Positions 49,592 to 60,124 of a DNA stretch of 64,000 bases are shown here, one piece after another. Every line of letters begins with the position of its first letter. Position 1 is the first letter of the stretch. Below the pieces are notes generated by a model that was given only the letters and a program-made list of their open reading frames with translations, was not told where the DNA came from and did not search any database. Source of the stretch: Candidatus Obscuribacteraceae bacterium (GTDB lineage Bacteria; Cyanobacteriota; Vampirovibrionia; Obscuribacterales; Obscuribacteraceae); the NCBI GenBank assembly GCA_044226015.1, contig JBGAHS010000002.1, forward strand, positions 224,001-288,000. The letters are read 5' to 3'. The translations under genes and the position numbers were made by a program.

Positions 49592-50090
49592 GGTTCCAGG
49601 CCCAACAGAGATTCAACTGTTTAATACAGGAATTTTTGAAAAACGTTTTTTTGAGAAAAAGTACCAGCTTAGCTCATCTCGAAACCCCGAGGATATTCTC
49701 GACGACATTAAGAACACCTGGAAGCTCGAGCTAAAAACAATGCACGACCTGTCCTCAACGGTCAGTGGCAAACGCTTTAGTGTGCGAATGCAGACCTCAA
49801 GGCATGTCAAAATGGAACTAATTGGTATCGTTAACGCTACGGAGTCTGGTTCTTCTATTCAAATAAGATTACAACCGACACCCGAATCTACATTCCTCAT
49901 TCTCGGAGAGCTGAGCGTTATAGGCTTCTTTGCCATAATTTCTATTTGTCTTTTGGGAATAACCCATATAGTAACAATTTCACTTCTTTCGAGCATACCA
50001 ATTCTAATTATCATGTTGCAAGACAACTTCAGGAGAGGGCACGAATTGGTCCGTCTTTTCAAAGAAGTTGCGATATCCAAAGATCGATAA
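49572..50090 (+). CDS. Hypothetical membrane protein
   Basis: Two C-terminal TM helices; overlaps the upstream gene end. Confidence 0.65.
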   Translation: MSQKRNKVPGPTEIQLFNTGIFEKRFFEKKYQLSSSRNPEDILDDIKNTWKLELKTMHDLSSTVSGKRFSVRMQTSRHVKMELIGIVNATESGSSIQIRLQPTPESTFLILGELSVIGFFAIISICLLGITHIVTISLLSSIPILIIMLQDNFRRGHELVRLFKEVAISKDR

Positions 50091-53000
50091 TTAATGCTGC
50101 TGCTCGCCCATAGCCAAATCATCATTATGTTTCCTGGGCGAAAACTTCTGTTGAAGCATCGACAAATAAATGTAAAACACTGGCGTTATGTACAGGGTCA
50201 CGAACTGCGATACGAGTAGTCCTCCGACGACGGTGAGCCCCAGGGGTTGTCGCGACTCAGCCCCTGCACCCAAGCCAAGCGCAATAGGAACACCACCCAT
50301 AAGGGCTGCCATTGTGGTCATCATGATTGGGCGAAATCTCGCCAAACATGCCTCGAATATCGCCTGATCTGGGCGCTTGCCCTCGTTGCGCTCAGCCTCA
50401 AGTGCAAAGTCAATCATCATGATTGCGTTTTTCTTGACGATTCCGATGAGCATTATCAACCCAAGAAATCCATAAATATCCAGTTCTTTATGGCATACCA
50501 TAAGAATAATCAGGGCGCCCAGCCCCGCTGAAGGCAGTCCCGACAAAATCGTCAGCGGATGAATGAAACTTTCGTACAAGATCCCCAACACTATGTAGAT
50601 AACTACCACTGCCAACACAAGAAGAATCCCAAGATTTCCAAAACTATCTTCAAATGCTGCGGCAGTGCCCTGAAAGCTCGTCGTCACAGAGGCAGGCACA
50701 ATAGTGCTCGCCAACTTCTTGATTGCATTCACGGCATCTCCGAGCGCCATCTCAGGCTTCAGATTGAACGAAATGGTTACCGCGGGAAACTGACCATAAT
50801 GATTAACAAGCAGAGGACCCACACCAGTAGTTATTTTGGCAAGAGTATCCATTGGTACAAGCTGACCATTTGCACTTCGCACCCGCAGCGAATGAATCAC
50901 GTCAGGGTCTCGGTAAAAGCGCGGTTCTACCTCGATGATAACCCAAAATTGATTTGTGGAAGTGTACATAGTCGAGATCTGGCGAGCGGCATAGGCGCTG
51001 TCTAACGCGTCCTCAACCTGCATCATAGTGATACCAAGTTGAGCACAACGATCGCGATTAACATCGATATGCAGCTCAGGGTTATCGATAAGCAAGTCGC
51101 TTGTAACATCGATGACACCGGGCACTTTCGCAATCTCAGGCAATAGCTTTCTGGCACTTTCGTATAAAACTTTGCTATCAGGGCTAGACATAGTGTACTG
51201 ATATAAGCTCTTCGACACTTGCCCACCAATTGTTATACTGGGCGGGTTCTGCAAGTAGCACTTGATGCCTTCAACGTCTGCAAGCTTCTCAGAAAGCTCA
51301 GACATTACTTCATTGACACCAGACTTGCGCTTCTCACGATCCTTCAAAACAATTAGTAATCGTCCTTGATTCAAGGTCAGATTTGGGCTGCCGTTTCCGA
51401 CCCCAATGCTGGACATAACAGACTCAACATTTTTGTCTTCATGAGCGACCTTAACGAGGTCCTCATGGTGCTTTCTCATAGCATCAAAGGAAGTACCCTG
51501 CGCCCCCTCAGTCATGATTACAATTTGTCCACTGTCTTCACTAGGCATGAACCCTTTCGGAATCTCCACAAACAAGAAGGCAGTGCCCAGTAACATCGCA
51601 ATAGAAAGAACTGTTATGACCCCTTTATTTTTCAAAGCAGCAATTAGAGACACACGATAAAGATGCGTCATTCCGTTGAAGATGTGCTCGGAAACAGCCA
51701 ACATCGGGTTTGTTGAAGTGCCATGAGCTTTCAAGAACCGGCTTGCCAGCATAGGCGTAAAGGTCATGGAAATGAAGCCAGAAATCAGAATTGCAATACT
51801 TATACTTACTGCAAATTCGTTGAAAAGTCTTCCTACAATTCCGGGCAATAGCAAGACAGGAATGAACACCGCCACCAGCGAAATCGTCATAGACAAAATG
51901 GTGAAGCCAATTTCTTTGCTGCCATCTAAAGCAGCCTGCATTGGCTCTTTACCCATTTCCAGATGACGAACAATGTTTTCCAACATTACGATAGCGTCGT
52001 CAACAACGAAGCCCACAGCCAGAGACAACGCCATCAACGTGAGATTGTTCAGGCTGAAACCCAGCAACTTCATTGCCGCAAAAGTTCCAATAATTGAAAT
52101 TGGAAGCGACAAGCTTGGAATTATGGTTGCAGAAAGATTGCCCAGGAATAGAAATATAACGAGAATTACAAGACCAACAGTAAGCATTAAGGTCGTCTGA
52201 ACATCAGCAACAGACTCTCTGATCGTTTGGGATTGATCGTAGAGGACATCAAGCTTTACCTCAGGGGGAAGGTTAGCTTGAAAAGTAGGCATCAGCTTGT
52301 TGATTGTATCTACAACTTGAATTGTATTGGCTCCAGGCTGGCGCAAGACAGCAAGAATGATTGCCGGGCTGTCATTGAATGTACCAGCACTCTTGTCGTT
52401 CTGCACGCTATCAACCACGGTGGCAACCTGATCAAGCCGCATCGGAACGCCTTCTTTCGTTCCAACAATGATAGGTTTGTATTGGCTTGCCGAAAGCAAC
52501 TGCCCATTAGACTCAATCGTGAAGGCCTTGTGCTTGCCCCACAGTGTTCCGGTAGGTTGATTTTGATTTGCGTTGCTTACCGCAGTGACTATGTCATCAA
52601 TGCCCATGCGATAGGATGCAAGTCGTTCAGGGTTAACCTGCACGCGAACAGCGAATTGTTGTGAGCCATTGACCTGCACCTGAGCGACACCGCTTACGCG
52701 CGCTATGCGCTGCGCAATAATTGTCTCGGCATAGTAATCAACTTGATGAAGTGGCAGAGTCTTAGAACTGACTGCAAGGTAAATTACTGGCTGACTTGCA
52801 GGGTTGACCTTGCTGAATGTCGGGGGAATCATCATCTGAGGCGGCAACTGCTTCGAAGCTGCGCTTATGGCAGCTTGCACATCAAGCGCCGCCCCATCTA
52901 TATTTCTATTGCTATCAAATTGCAGCGTAATTTGCGATTGACCAAGGCTGCTTGCAGAAGTCATCTGAGTCAATCCGGAAATGGTAGTGAACTGTTTTTC

Positions 53001-53201
53001 CAGAGGAATTGAAACAGACGAAGCCATGGTCTCTGCTGATGTTCCAGGCAAAGTGCTGGTAACCAATATTGTCGGAAAGTCAACGTTGGGAAGATTGCTT
53101 ATTGGTAATTGCGTGTAGCCGATGGATCCGAAAAGCATGATGGCAAACATGACGAGAATCGTCATTACAGGTCGGGAAATGCAAAGTTGAGATAAGTTCA
53201 T
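50091..53201 (-). CDS. RND efflux permease, MdtB/MdtC-like (second subunit)
   Basis: LPNVDFPTI, GFVVDDAIVMLENI, GIVKKNAIMMIDFA, RFRPIMMTT. Confidence 0.95.
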   Translation of the reverse strand: MNLSQLCISRPVMTILVMFAIMLFGSIGYTQLPISNLPNVDFPTILVTSTLPGTSAETMASSVSIPLEKQFTTISGLTQMTSASSLGQSQITLQFDSNRNIDGAALDVQAAISAASKQLPPQMMIPPTFSKVNPASQPVIYLAVSSKTLPLHQVDYYAETIIAQRIARVSGVAQVQVNGSQQFAVRVQVNPERLASYRMGIDDIVTAVSNANQNQPTGTLWGKHKAFTIESNGQLLSASQYKPIIVGTKEGVPMRLDQVATVVDSVQNDKSAGTFNDSPAIILAVLRQPGANTIQVVDTINKLMPTFQANLPPEVKLDVLYDQSQTIRESVADVQTTLMLTVGLVILVIFLFLGNLSATIIPSLSLPISIIGTFAAMKLLGFSLNNLTLMALSLAVGFVVDDAIVMLENIVRHLEMGKEPMQAALDGSKEIGFTILSMTISLVAVFIPVLLLPGIVGRLFNEFAVSISIAILISGFISMTFTPMLASRFLKAHGTSTNPMLAVSEHIFNGMTHLYRVSLIAALKNKGVITVLSIAMLLGTAFLFVEIPKGFMPSEDSGQIVIMTEGAQGTSFDAMRKHHEDLVKVAHEDKNVESVMSSIGVGNGSPNLTLNQGRLLIVLKDREKRKSGVNEVMSELSEKLADVEGIKCYLQNPPSITIGGQVSKSLYQYTMSSPDSKVLYESARKLLPEIAKVPGVIDVTSDLLIDNPELHIDVNRDRCAQLGITMMQVEDALDSAYAARQISTMYTSTNQFWVIIEVEPRFYRDPDVIHSLRVRSANGQLVPMDTLAKITTGVGPLLVNHYGQFPAVTISFNLKPEMALGDAVNAIKKLASTIVPASVTTSFQGTAAAFEDSFGNLGILLVLAVVVIYIVLGILYESFIHPLTILSGLPSAGLGALIILMVCHKELDIYGFLGLIMLIGIVKKNAIMMIDFALEAERNEGKRPDQAIFEACLARFRPIMMTTMAALMGGVPIALGLGAGAESRQPLGLTVVGGLLVSQFVTLYITPVFYIYLSMLQQKFSPRKHNDDLAMGEQQH

Positions 53202-56200
53202 TGCGCAACGCCCTTCAGACTTTTGACCTTTTTATTTCCGCCACGGCGCTTCGAAATCCATTTTTCAAAGCGATCCAAATACAAGTAGAAGACCGGTGTT
53301 ATATACAGAGTCACCAGCTGGGAAAGAAGCAATCCACCGACAATAGATAGCCCCAGAGACTGCCTCGATTCAGAACCCTGTCCTGTCCCCAAGGCAATCG
53401 GCAAGCTGCCGAAGAGTGCCGCAAGCGTGGTCATCATAATCGGTCTGAAACGCACCAGGCAAGCCTTGTATATTGCCTCTTCAGGACCAAGCCCCTGGGT
53501 TCGTTGAACTTCGATAGCGAAATCAATCATCATGATTGCATTCTTTTTGACAATGCCGATTAGCAAAATCAAGCCCAGAAATCCGTAAATGTCGAGGTCT
53601 TTATGGAAAAGCAAAAGCGTTGCAAGTGCACCGAGCCCTGCCGACGGCAACCCGGTCAAAATAGTGATAGGGTGAATAAAGCTCTCGTACAAAATTCCTA
53701 GAACGATGTAGATAACCAGAATAGAGAGAATAAGGAGAACTGGCAGCCCTTTGGTCGATGCTTCAAAAGCCTGTGCAGTCCCCTGAAAGCTGAAACTCAT
53801 ATCGGCTGGTATCGTATTTTTTGCCAGCTCTTTTATTTGCTCGACAGCTTCGCTCAGTGGTGCGTTTGGCTTTAGATTGAACGAAAGAGTAACGGAAGGT
53901 AGTTGTGCAAGGTGGTTAACTTGAATAGGACCAGAACCGCGAGTAATCGTTGCCACCGCAGAGAGTGGCACGAGTTCACCAGAGTCAGACCTTATTCGAA
54001 GCCACTCAAGCATGGAAGGGTCTTCATAAAACTGCGGCTGCACCTCCATGATGACCCAGTACTGATTTCGGTCTGTGAATATGGTCGAAACCTGCCTTGA
54101 TGCATAGGCACTGTTCAAGGCATCCTGCACCTTCTGCAAAGACACACCAAGCTTAGAGCATTTGTCGCGATCAATGTTTACTTTCAGCTTCTGGTCTTTG
54201 ACTTGCAAATCACTGTTAACATCAGCGACGGCAGGTATCTCCCTGATCTTCTCTTCCAGCTTGCGCACGGCTTTATAGAGTTCGTCGAGATCCATCCCCG
54301 CTATCGTCACTTGATAAAGAGCTTTGGTAATTTGTCCTCCCAACCTGATGGATGGCGGGTTCTGCATAAAGTACTTGGCTCCAACTATTCCGCCAAGTTT
54401 CTTTCGCAAGGAATTTATTACCTCGTCTGCCGTCTGCTTACGTTCTTCGGCGGGCTTCAAGAACAGGTTGAGCCTTCCCTGGTTCAAACTCATAGCACCA
54501 AGCCCGCTTCCGACGCTCGACATAACATTTTTCACGGCTGGGTTTTGCTGCGCAATCGCGGCAATCTTCTTCTGATGCGCCACCATATCTTCAAAAGAAA
54601 TACCTTCTTGAGCTTGCACAGTTCCAGAAATTTGCCCGGTGTCTTCGCTCGGAATAAATCCCTTAGGCACAGCTTGCATCATCATCACAGTTGCAATAAC
54701 AGTAACAACGAATCCCATCAAAACGAAATCGCGATTCTTCAACGCCCAACAAAGAGTCTTATCGTAGGCTCCCAACCAGAGCGAAATTATCTTGTCGGAG
54801 ATTCTTTGCCAGAGCCCGGGCTTCTTTTTGGGGTCGTGTGGCTGCAGAAAACGACTGCACAGCATCGGAGTAAGCGACAACGACACAAAACCAGAAATGA
54901 CTATTGCCACACTGATAGTAACTGCAAACTGGAAGAACAGCCGCCCAATAATGCCACCCATGAGCATGATAGGGAAGAATACTGCCACTAGCGAGAAAGT
55001 CATCGCGAGAATAGTAAAGCCAATTTCCTGCGCGCCCTTCAGCGCCGCCTGAAACACCGGCATGCCATCTTCGATGTGTCGCACAATATTTTCAAGAACA
55101 ACGATAGCATCATCAACCACAAATCCTACGCAAAGCGTTATCGCCATCAACGAAATGTTGTTCAGCGTGAACCCCAAGAGCTTCATTACGGCAAAGGTGC
55201 CAAGCAAAGATATCGGCAGCGAGAGACTTGCAATTACAGTCGTGGAAACGTTTCCGAGAAAGAAAAAGATTACCAAAATTACAAGACCAATTGTAATCAA
55301 TAAAGTCTTCTGCACATCCTCAACTGAGCGGCGAATTGTCGTAGAACGATCGTAAATGATGTTCAGCTTCATTGAAGGCGGTAGTGCCGCACGAAAAGAC
55401 GGCAGCAATTTCTTGATGTTATCAACGACTTCAATCGTGTTTGTGTTTGGCTGACGCTGAATCGCTAAGACGACGGCCCGGTGCCCATTGAACCAGGTTG
55501 CAACCTTATCTGTTTGCACACTGTCGATCACCGTGCCAATATCTTGCAAGCGGACTGGAGCTCCATTTCGATAAGCTACGATGAGCGGTCGCAACTCTTT
55601 GGCATTCATCATCTGCCCATTTACTTTGATGTTATAAGCCTTTGCAGGACCGTATAAGGTGCCTACGGGTAGATTCACATTATTATTGCGAACCGCAGCA
55701 GCGACCTCATCGACACCGATTTTTAACGATGCTAGTTTGCGCGGGTCTATTTGCACACGCGGACAGTAGATTTGCGAACCGAATATCTGAACCTGCGCAA
55801 CTCCGCTGCTCATCGCAACGCGCGGCGCAAGCATGTTCTCTGCGTATTCATCAACAGTATATATTGGCAAATATTCAGAGCTAAGAGCAATGAACAAAAT
55901 AGGAACATCGCCCGGGTTCACTTTTTTGAACACTGGCGGTGTTGGCATGCTCGTTGGCAGCATAGCTCTAGCAGCAACAATAGCTGCTTGCGTGTCTTCT
56001 GCTGCGCCGTCAATTTTGCGGTTCAAATCAAAAGTAAGAGTAATGCTGGTCGAGCCCATTTGACTGGTTGAGTTCATGGAGTCGAGCCCAGCTATGTTGC
56101 TGAATTGCTTTTCTAGCGGAGTCGCAACCGCCGATGCCATCGTCTCTGGTGACGCCCCAGGCAAGCTTGCAGAAACGCTTATCGTAGGAAAATCAACAGC

Positions 56201-56314
56201 GGGCAAATCATTTATTGGCAATGAAACATAAGCAAGCAATCCAAACAAAAGAACGCCTACCATCACAAGTGTCGTCATTACAGGCCGCAGAATGAAGATA
56301 CTTGAGATGTTCAT
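53198..56314 (-). CDS. RND efflux permease, MdtB/MdtC-like (first subunit)
   Basis: Same HAE1 motifs; paralogue translationally coupled to the next gene. Confidence 0.95.
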   Translation of the reverse strand: MNISSIFILRPVMTTLVMVGVLLFGLLAYVSLPINDLPAVDFPTISVSASLPGASPETMASAVATPLEKQFSNIAGLDSMNSTSQMGSTSITLTFDLNRKIDGAAEDTQAAIVAARAMLPTSMPTPPVFKKVNPGDVPILFIALSSEYLPIYTVDEYAENMLAPRVAMSSGVAQVQIFGSQIYCPRVQIDPRKLASLKIGVDEVAAAVRNNNVNLPVGTLYGPAKAYNIKVNGQMMNAKELRPLIVAYRNGAPVRLQDIGTVIDSVQTDKVATWFNGHRAVVLAIQRQPNTNTIEVVDNIKKLLPSFRAALPPSMKLNIIYDRSTTIRRSVEDVQKTLLITIGLVILVIFFFLGNVSTTVIASLSLPISLLGTFAVMKLLGFTLNNISLMAITLCVGFVVDDAIVVLENIVRHIEDGMPVFQAALKGAQEIGFTILAMTFSLVAVFFPIMLMGGIIGRLFFQFAVTISVAIVISGFVSLSLTPMLCSRFLQPHDPKKKPGLWQRISDKIISLWLGAYDKTLCWALKNRDFVLMGFVVTVIATVMMMQAVPKGFIPSEDTGQISGTVQAQEGISFEDMVAHQKKIAAIAQQNPAVKNVMSSVGSGLGAMSLNQGRLNLFLKPAEERKQTADEVINSLRKKLGGIVGAKYFMQNPPSIRLGGQITKALYQVTIAGMDLDELYKAVRKLEEKIREIPAVADVNSDLQVKDQKLKVNIDRDKCSKLGVSLQKVQDALNSAYASRQVSTIFTDRNQYWVIMEVQPQFYEDPSMLEWLRIRSDSGELVPLSAVATITRGSGPIQVNHLAQLPSVTLSFNLKPNAPLSEAVEQIKELAKNTIPADMSFSFQGTAQAFEASTKGLPVLLILSILVIYIVLGILYESFIHPITILTGLPSAGLGALATLLLFHKDLDIYGFLGLILLIGIVKKNAIMMIDFAIEVQRTQGLGPEEAIYKACLVRFRPIMMTTLAALFGSLPIALGTGQGSESRQSLGLSIVGGLLLSQLVTLYITPVFYLYLDRFEKWISKRRGGNKKVKSLKGVAQ

Positions 56315-56316
56315 TT

Positions 56317-57741
56317 TCAGTCACCGGAGCCGTTCTTGGCTCCTTTGACTATCCTCACTTTGCTGCCTGGAGACAAGGAAAGCTGCCCGTCAGTGACCAC
56401 AACGTCACCAGCCTTTAATCCTGTTTTGATTGCTGCAGTATCAGCGGTCGATCTCTCAAGCTCTACCGGAACCAAAACCACACTGTTGTCTGGTTTCACC
56501 ACAAAAATCGCCGTTCCTTGCTGTGTTGTCTGCAAGGCAGTGGTTGGCACCACAACCGAATCTTCAGTGGCAGGAATAGAAACAGTTACATCAACGAACT
56601 GCCCCGGAAACAAGCGCTGATTCTCATTGTCGAAGGCAGCGCGCATTGTGACGGTACCAGTGGTGGTATTAACCGTATTTTCCAGAAATGAAACTTGCCC
56701 CGTAACCCCGTTTTCTTTGACGCCTTCAATGTCAGCCTGCAGCTTTAAAGTCTTGGCTCTTAAAGCCTGTCTTACTTGGTCGAGATTTTGTTCAGGCAAT
56801 GTGAAGTTGACATAGATTGGTTTCACCTGAGCAATACTCACAAGTGGCTGATTGCTCTGCGCCGTAACAACGTTGCCTTCGTAGACATTCAAGCTGCTGG
56901 TTTTCCCTTCGATGGGCGAATGTATTTTTGTCCAACCGAGCTGAATTTGCGCCGTGCGAACTAGCGCCTGGTCTGCGGCCAACTGCCCTTTAGCCGTCTT
57001 AATAGCTGCTCTATCTGCATCGAGTACACTCTTTGCGTTTTCAATCGCCTTCAGATCAGCTTCAATGGTGGCACTTGCAACTGCAAGATTTGTGGACATT
57101 TGATCGGTCTGCTCATGCGACACAGCACCTTGAGACAACAATGAGCTATAACGCTGACTTTGCCGGGCTGCGAGCTCTTTTTGTGCGCGGTCTTTCTCCA
57201 TATTTGCACGAACCTGACCAACTTGAGCTTCATCTCTGGCAAGCGTTGCTTCGCACTGCTGCACTGTAGCCATGTCTTTGGCTACATTGCCTTCAGCCTG
57301 AGCGAGAGCCGCTTCGTAGGCACTGGGATCTATCTGAAACAACAAATCGCCTTTATGTACGTACTGCCCCTGGCGAAAACAAACTGCTTTCAACTGACCA
57401 CTAACCTGCGGAACAACATTTACGACAGAGAATGGAAGGACATTTCCAATGCTCTTTATCTGAACAGGTACTGATGCAGTTTTAGCAACAGCTACGGTCA
57501 CAGGCACATTGCGCTCTTTGGCTTTTTCTACCGGCGCTTTCTTTGTGGCTATCGTAAAGTACCAGATGCCTGCCAGAACCGCTGCGCCAAGTAACAAGAG
57601 AAAAACGATTCGGATAAAGCCCGGCTTTTGCCCTTGCTCTACTCTCTCTGATTCGTCGGCTCGAGTAAGTTCTGTCATTTCATCTAATTGTACATTTTTC
57701 ATAGGAAACTCCAGAGTCACATCTTGCTGTGACCTGAACAC
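56317..57741 (-). CDS. RND membrane-fusion protein, MdtA-like (start may be 57702)
   Basis: N-terminal TM, VPVTVA, GQYVHKGDLLFQID, long alpha-hairpin, PGQFV, GLKAGDVVVTDG. Confidence 0.93.
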   Translation of the reverse strand: MFRSQQDVTLEFPMKNVQLDEMTELTRADESERVEQGQKPGFIRIVFLLLLGAAVLAGIWYFTIATKKAPVEKAKERNVPVTVAVAKTASVPVQIKSIGNVLPFSVVNVVPQVSGQLKAVCFRQGQYVHKGDLLFQIDPSAYEAALAQAEGNVAKDMATVQQCEATLARDEAQVGQVRANMEKDRAQKELAARQSQRYSSLLSQGAVSHEQTDQMSTNLAVASATIEADLKAIENAKSVLDADRAAIKTAKGQLAADQALVRTAQIQLGWTKIHSPIEGKTSSLNVYEGNVVTAQSNQPLVSIAQVKPIYVNFTLPEQNLDQVRQALRAKTLKLQADIEGVKENGVTGQVSFLENTVNTTTGTVTMRAAFDNENQRLFPGQFVDVTVSIPATEDSVVVPTTALQTTQQGTAIFVVKPDNSVVLVPVELERSTADTAAIKTGLKAGDVVVTDGQLSLSPGSKVRIVKGAKNGSGD

Positions 57742-57933
57742 AATTCGAGTGAACCTTTACTTGTATAGACGCTTCCATGGACATTTTGGTTCAAACCAAT
57801 GCATTAACTTTGACTAAGGTGATCGCCAAAACGACCAATCCACACAAAAATTACCAACAATTAGTTTGTGGTTCTGATCATTTTGCCTAGTTTACGCCTG
57901 AAGCAAAATTCTTGCCTTAAATCCAAAACTTAC

Positions 57934-58704
57934 TTAGTGGTTTGAACTGCTAATTCTCACACGTGCAAGCTCAAGCACTTTTTGGCAGACCTCATCTTGA
58001 GTGAACTGATCAGTATCAATCAAAACCGCATCATCAGCCTTCTTCAAAGGTGAAACAGCTCGGGTCGAATCAAGATGGTCACGCTGAATAATGTCAGCAG
58101 TAATTGTTGCAAGATCGGCAGTTTGCCCCATTTCTTCCATATCTTTCAAACGGCGCTTAGCTCTAACTTCAGGACTTGCTGTAAGAAAAATCTTTAGCTC
58201 AGCGCTCGGCAACACAACAGTTCCGATGTCACGTCCATCCATAACAACTCCGCCCTGATTGGCAAGCTTTTGCTGTTTCTCAACCAACAACTGTCGCACA
58301 CCGCCAATCGCAGACACCTGGCTCACAAACCTGGTGATAATGCGCGAACGCACAATAAAGCTCAAATCAGCGCCATTCACAATAACTCGCACCTTACCCT
58401 GTGAACTATCATCAGGCGGAAGAAGCTCAATGTTGGCATTTCTAACGAGATCAATAACCTTGAATTGGTCATGTACTACGTCGACTTTTTTCTCCAGCGC
58501 GATCCAAGTTGCTGCGCGGTACATAGCCCCGGTATCTATATATAGATAACCAAGCTCGTGAGCGACTTTCTTCGCCAGAGTCGATTTGCCAGCTCCGGCT
58601 GGTCCGTCAATGGCGATGGATATTCGCTTTTCGGAGCCGTTTGGCTCTGCATCTGCCATAAGTCCGTTCCCAAGAAGAGTTTCCATGCCGGCACCTTCAT
58701 CCAA
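57934..58704 (-). CDS. cmk: Cytidylate kinase
   Basis: IAIDGPAGAGKST, IDTGAMYRA, VMDGRDIGTVV, KIFLTASPEVRA.RR. Confidence 0.97.
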   Translation of the reverse strand: MDEGAGMETLLGNGLMADAEPNGSEKRISIAIDGPAGAGKSTLAKKVAHELGYLYIDTGAMYRAATWIALEKKVDVVHDQFKVIDLVRNANIELLPPDDSSQGKVRVIVNGADLSFIVRSRIITRFVSQVSAIGGVRQLLVEKQQKLANQGGVVMDGRDIGTVVLPSAELKIFLTASPEVRAKRRLKDMEEMGQTADLATITADIIQRDHLDSTRAVSPLKKADDAVLIDTDQFTQDEVCQKVLELARVRISSSNH

Positions 58705-58804
58705 AGAGTTTTAACCAGACAATGATACGCTGTCTCAGTTTCTTTTCACAATGCCTCTTGAGCACGAATAAAGCTTCGTTAGATTAATTGGCAAAGCCAG
58801 CCAC

Positions 58805-59569
58805 TTAATTCAAGCCAAGCGCAGAAAGAAAAGTTTGTGTAGTATCTTTCAGTACTTTTTGCCAATTCTGATCTTTGGGCGCTGGAAGCGCACGAAGCTT
58901 GTTCAGCGTTGAGCGTTGCTCTTCGGGAGTGTGAACGTATTCAGGAATCATGCTGGATTTTTCTGGAACGAAAAAGTCTGTGGAAGCCGCAGTGTCCGCA
59001 TGTGTAACGTGGGGATTGTTGAAGAGTGGCTCGACGACATTCCACTGAGTTATGGGCGCAGCGGCAGGTGCAGCAGGCACAACAGGCATCACAGGCTTAC
59101 GAATGCGACTTTTCGGAATCGGCATGGGCAATTCAAATCGCGGTCTGGGTGGAGCAAAGCCAGGCTCTGTTCCAAAAATTTTGTCGAGCAAGGCACGTTC
59201 ATCGAACATCAGATTGCCGCTTTCAGGCAATGCTGGATAAAGTTCTAGAATTCTGTGCAACGAGATGAACAACGAGCGATCTAATTCTTCGAACTCCTCA
59301 GGGCTGAGGTCGAGAAAGGCGAAGCTTCCCTCTCGTAGCTCGATCATGGCGCGCACAGCTTGATAGGCATCGCAACCTTCAATGCTGTCTGAGCTTGAAG
59401 CAGCAACGATGTGACTGCACTCAGCTATCAAAATTTTCCCGTGAAAACTGTCACCAGGACTGGAAATTCGCAAGAGCCCATATTGAACGTTAGGCACGTC
59501 GACGATTGACTGAAGCACATCTGCCATGCCCCAAGAACGCGATAAAGACCCTTCAAAAACTACGTCCAC
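58805..59569 (-). CDS. DUF4388/PATAN-like domain protein
   Basis: FEGSL....MADVLQ.I.....YGLLRI......GKI......IVAA......G..AV..M....EGSFAF pattern; GTG start proposed. Confidence 0.6.
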   Translation of the reverse strand: MDVVFEGSLSRSWGMADVLQSIVDVPNVQYGLLRISSPGDSFHGKILIAECSHIVAASSSDSIEGCDAYQAVRAMIELREGSFAFLDLSPEEFEELDRSLFISLHRILELYPALPESGNLMFDERALLDKIFGTEPGFAPPRPRFELPMPIPKSRIRKPVMPVVPAAPAAAPITQWNVVEPLFNNPHVTHADTAASTDFFVPEKSSMIPEYVHTPEEQRSTLNKLRALPAPKDQNWQKVLKDTTQTFLSALGLN

Positions 59570-59725
59570 TTTACAAGCCCGAGTTACGGCGAACACATGA
59601 GTATTGTCTACGTAATACGGGCAGGATGCAAGTGGGAAAACCCGCAAAAGCTCTAATATTCACGCTCTGCTGGCTTTATAGTCCGATAATTCGAGTTAAT
59701 GTAGGGTCTCTATCTTAGCTCTATC

Positions 59726-60076
59726 TCAGGCTTTCGGGACGGAACTGCGTCGCGCCATGAATCCTTTCAGCCAATTTTCGAAACTCGGTAGCGTTGGCAC
59801 GCCTTTTGCAGCGTCAGCTTGAGCATCTTCAAGGCTCATGCCCTGGTCTATATTAGCGATTATGCGCAGAACTTCGCCATCTTCCGGAAAGCGCCCATTT
59901 GCTTTCTTCGAATAAATCAAGCGACCATTGTGTTCTACTTCGAATACACCACCAGATGATTGGAAGAGTTTTGCACTTTCGTCTAATTGAGTTTCTATTT
60001 CAGCCGCCAACCTGGCAGCTCTTGCGCGGTAGCCTCAAGCTCCGCAGTAAGTAATCGTGAAAGGGATGTTTCCCAT
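59726..60076 (-). CDS. SelW/Rdx-family selenoprotein (CxxU), with UGA at codon 14
   Basis: AAAGGAG RBS, then MGNIPFTITYCGA-TGA(60035-60037)-GYRARAARLAAEI...SSGGVFEV..NGRLIYSKK..GRFP; SECIS-like hairpin downstream. Confidence 0.9.
60002..60020 (-). promoter_or_regulatory. Putative bacterial SECIS element
   Basis: Minus strand AGCTGCC-AGGTT-GGCGGCT hairpin, loop about 21 nt after the UGA, G in the second loop position. Confidence 0.65.
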
Positions 60077-60124
60077 GAGTATCTCCTTTAGTGCTGGAAC
60101 AGCGGTGTTAAACGCTTCTCACTT

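Noticed and set aside
50091..56314. Two adjacent RND permeases as a novelty
   Set aside because: Standard MdtABC-type heteromeric arrangement.
59726..60010. 94-aa ORF as called by the track
   Set aside because: It is the post-UGA part of the selenoprotein that starts at 60076.
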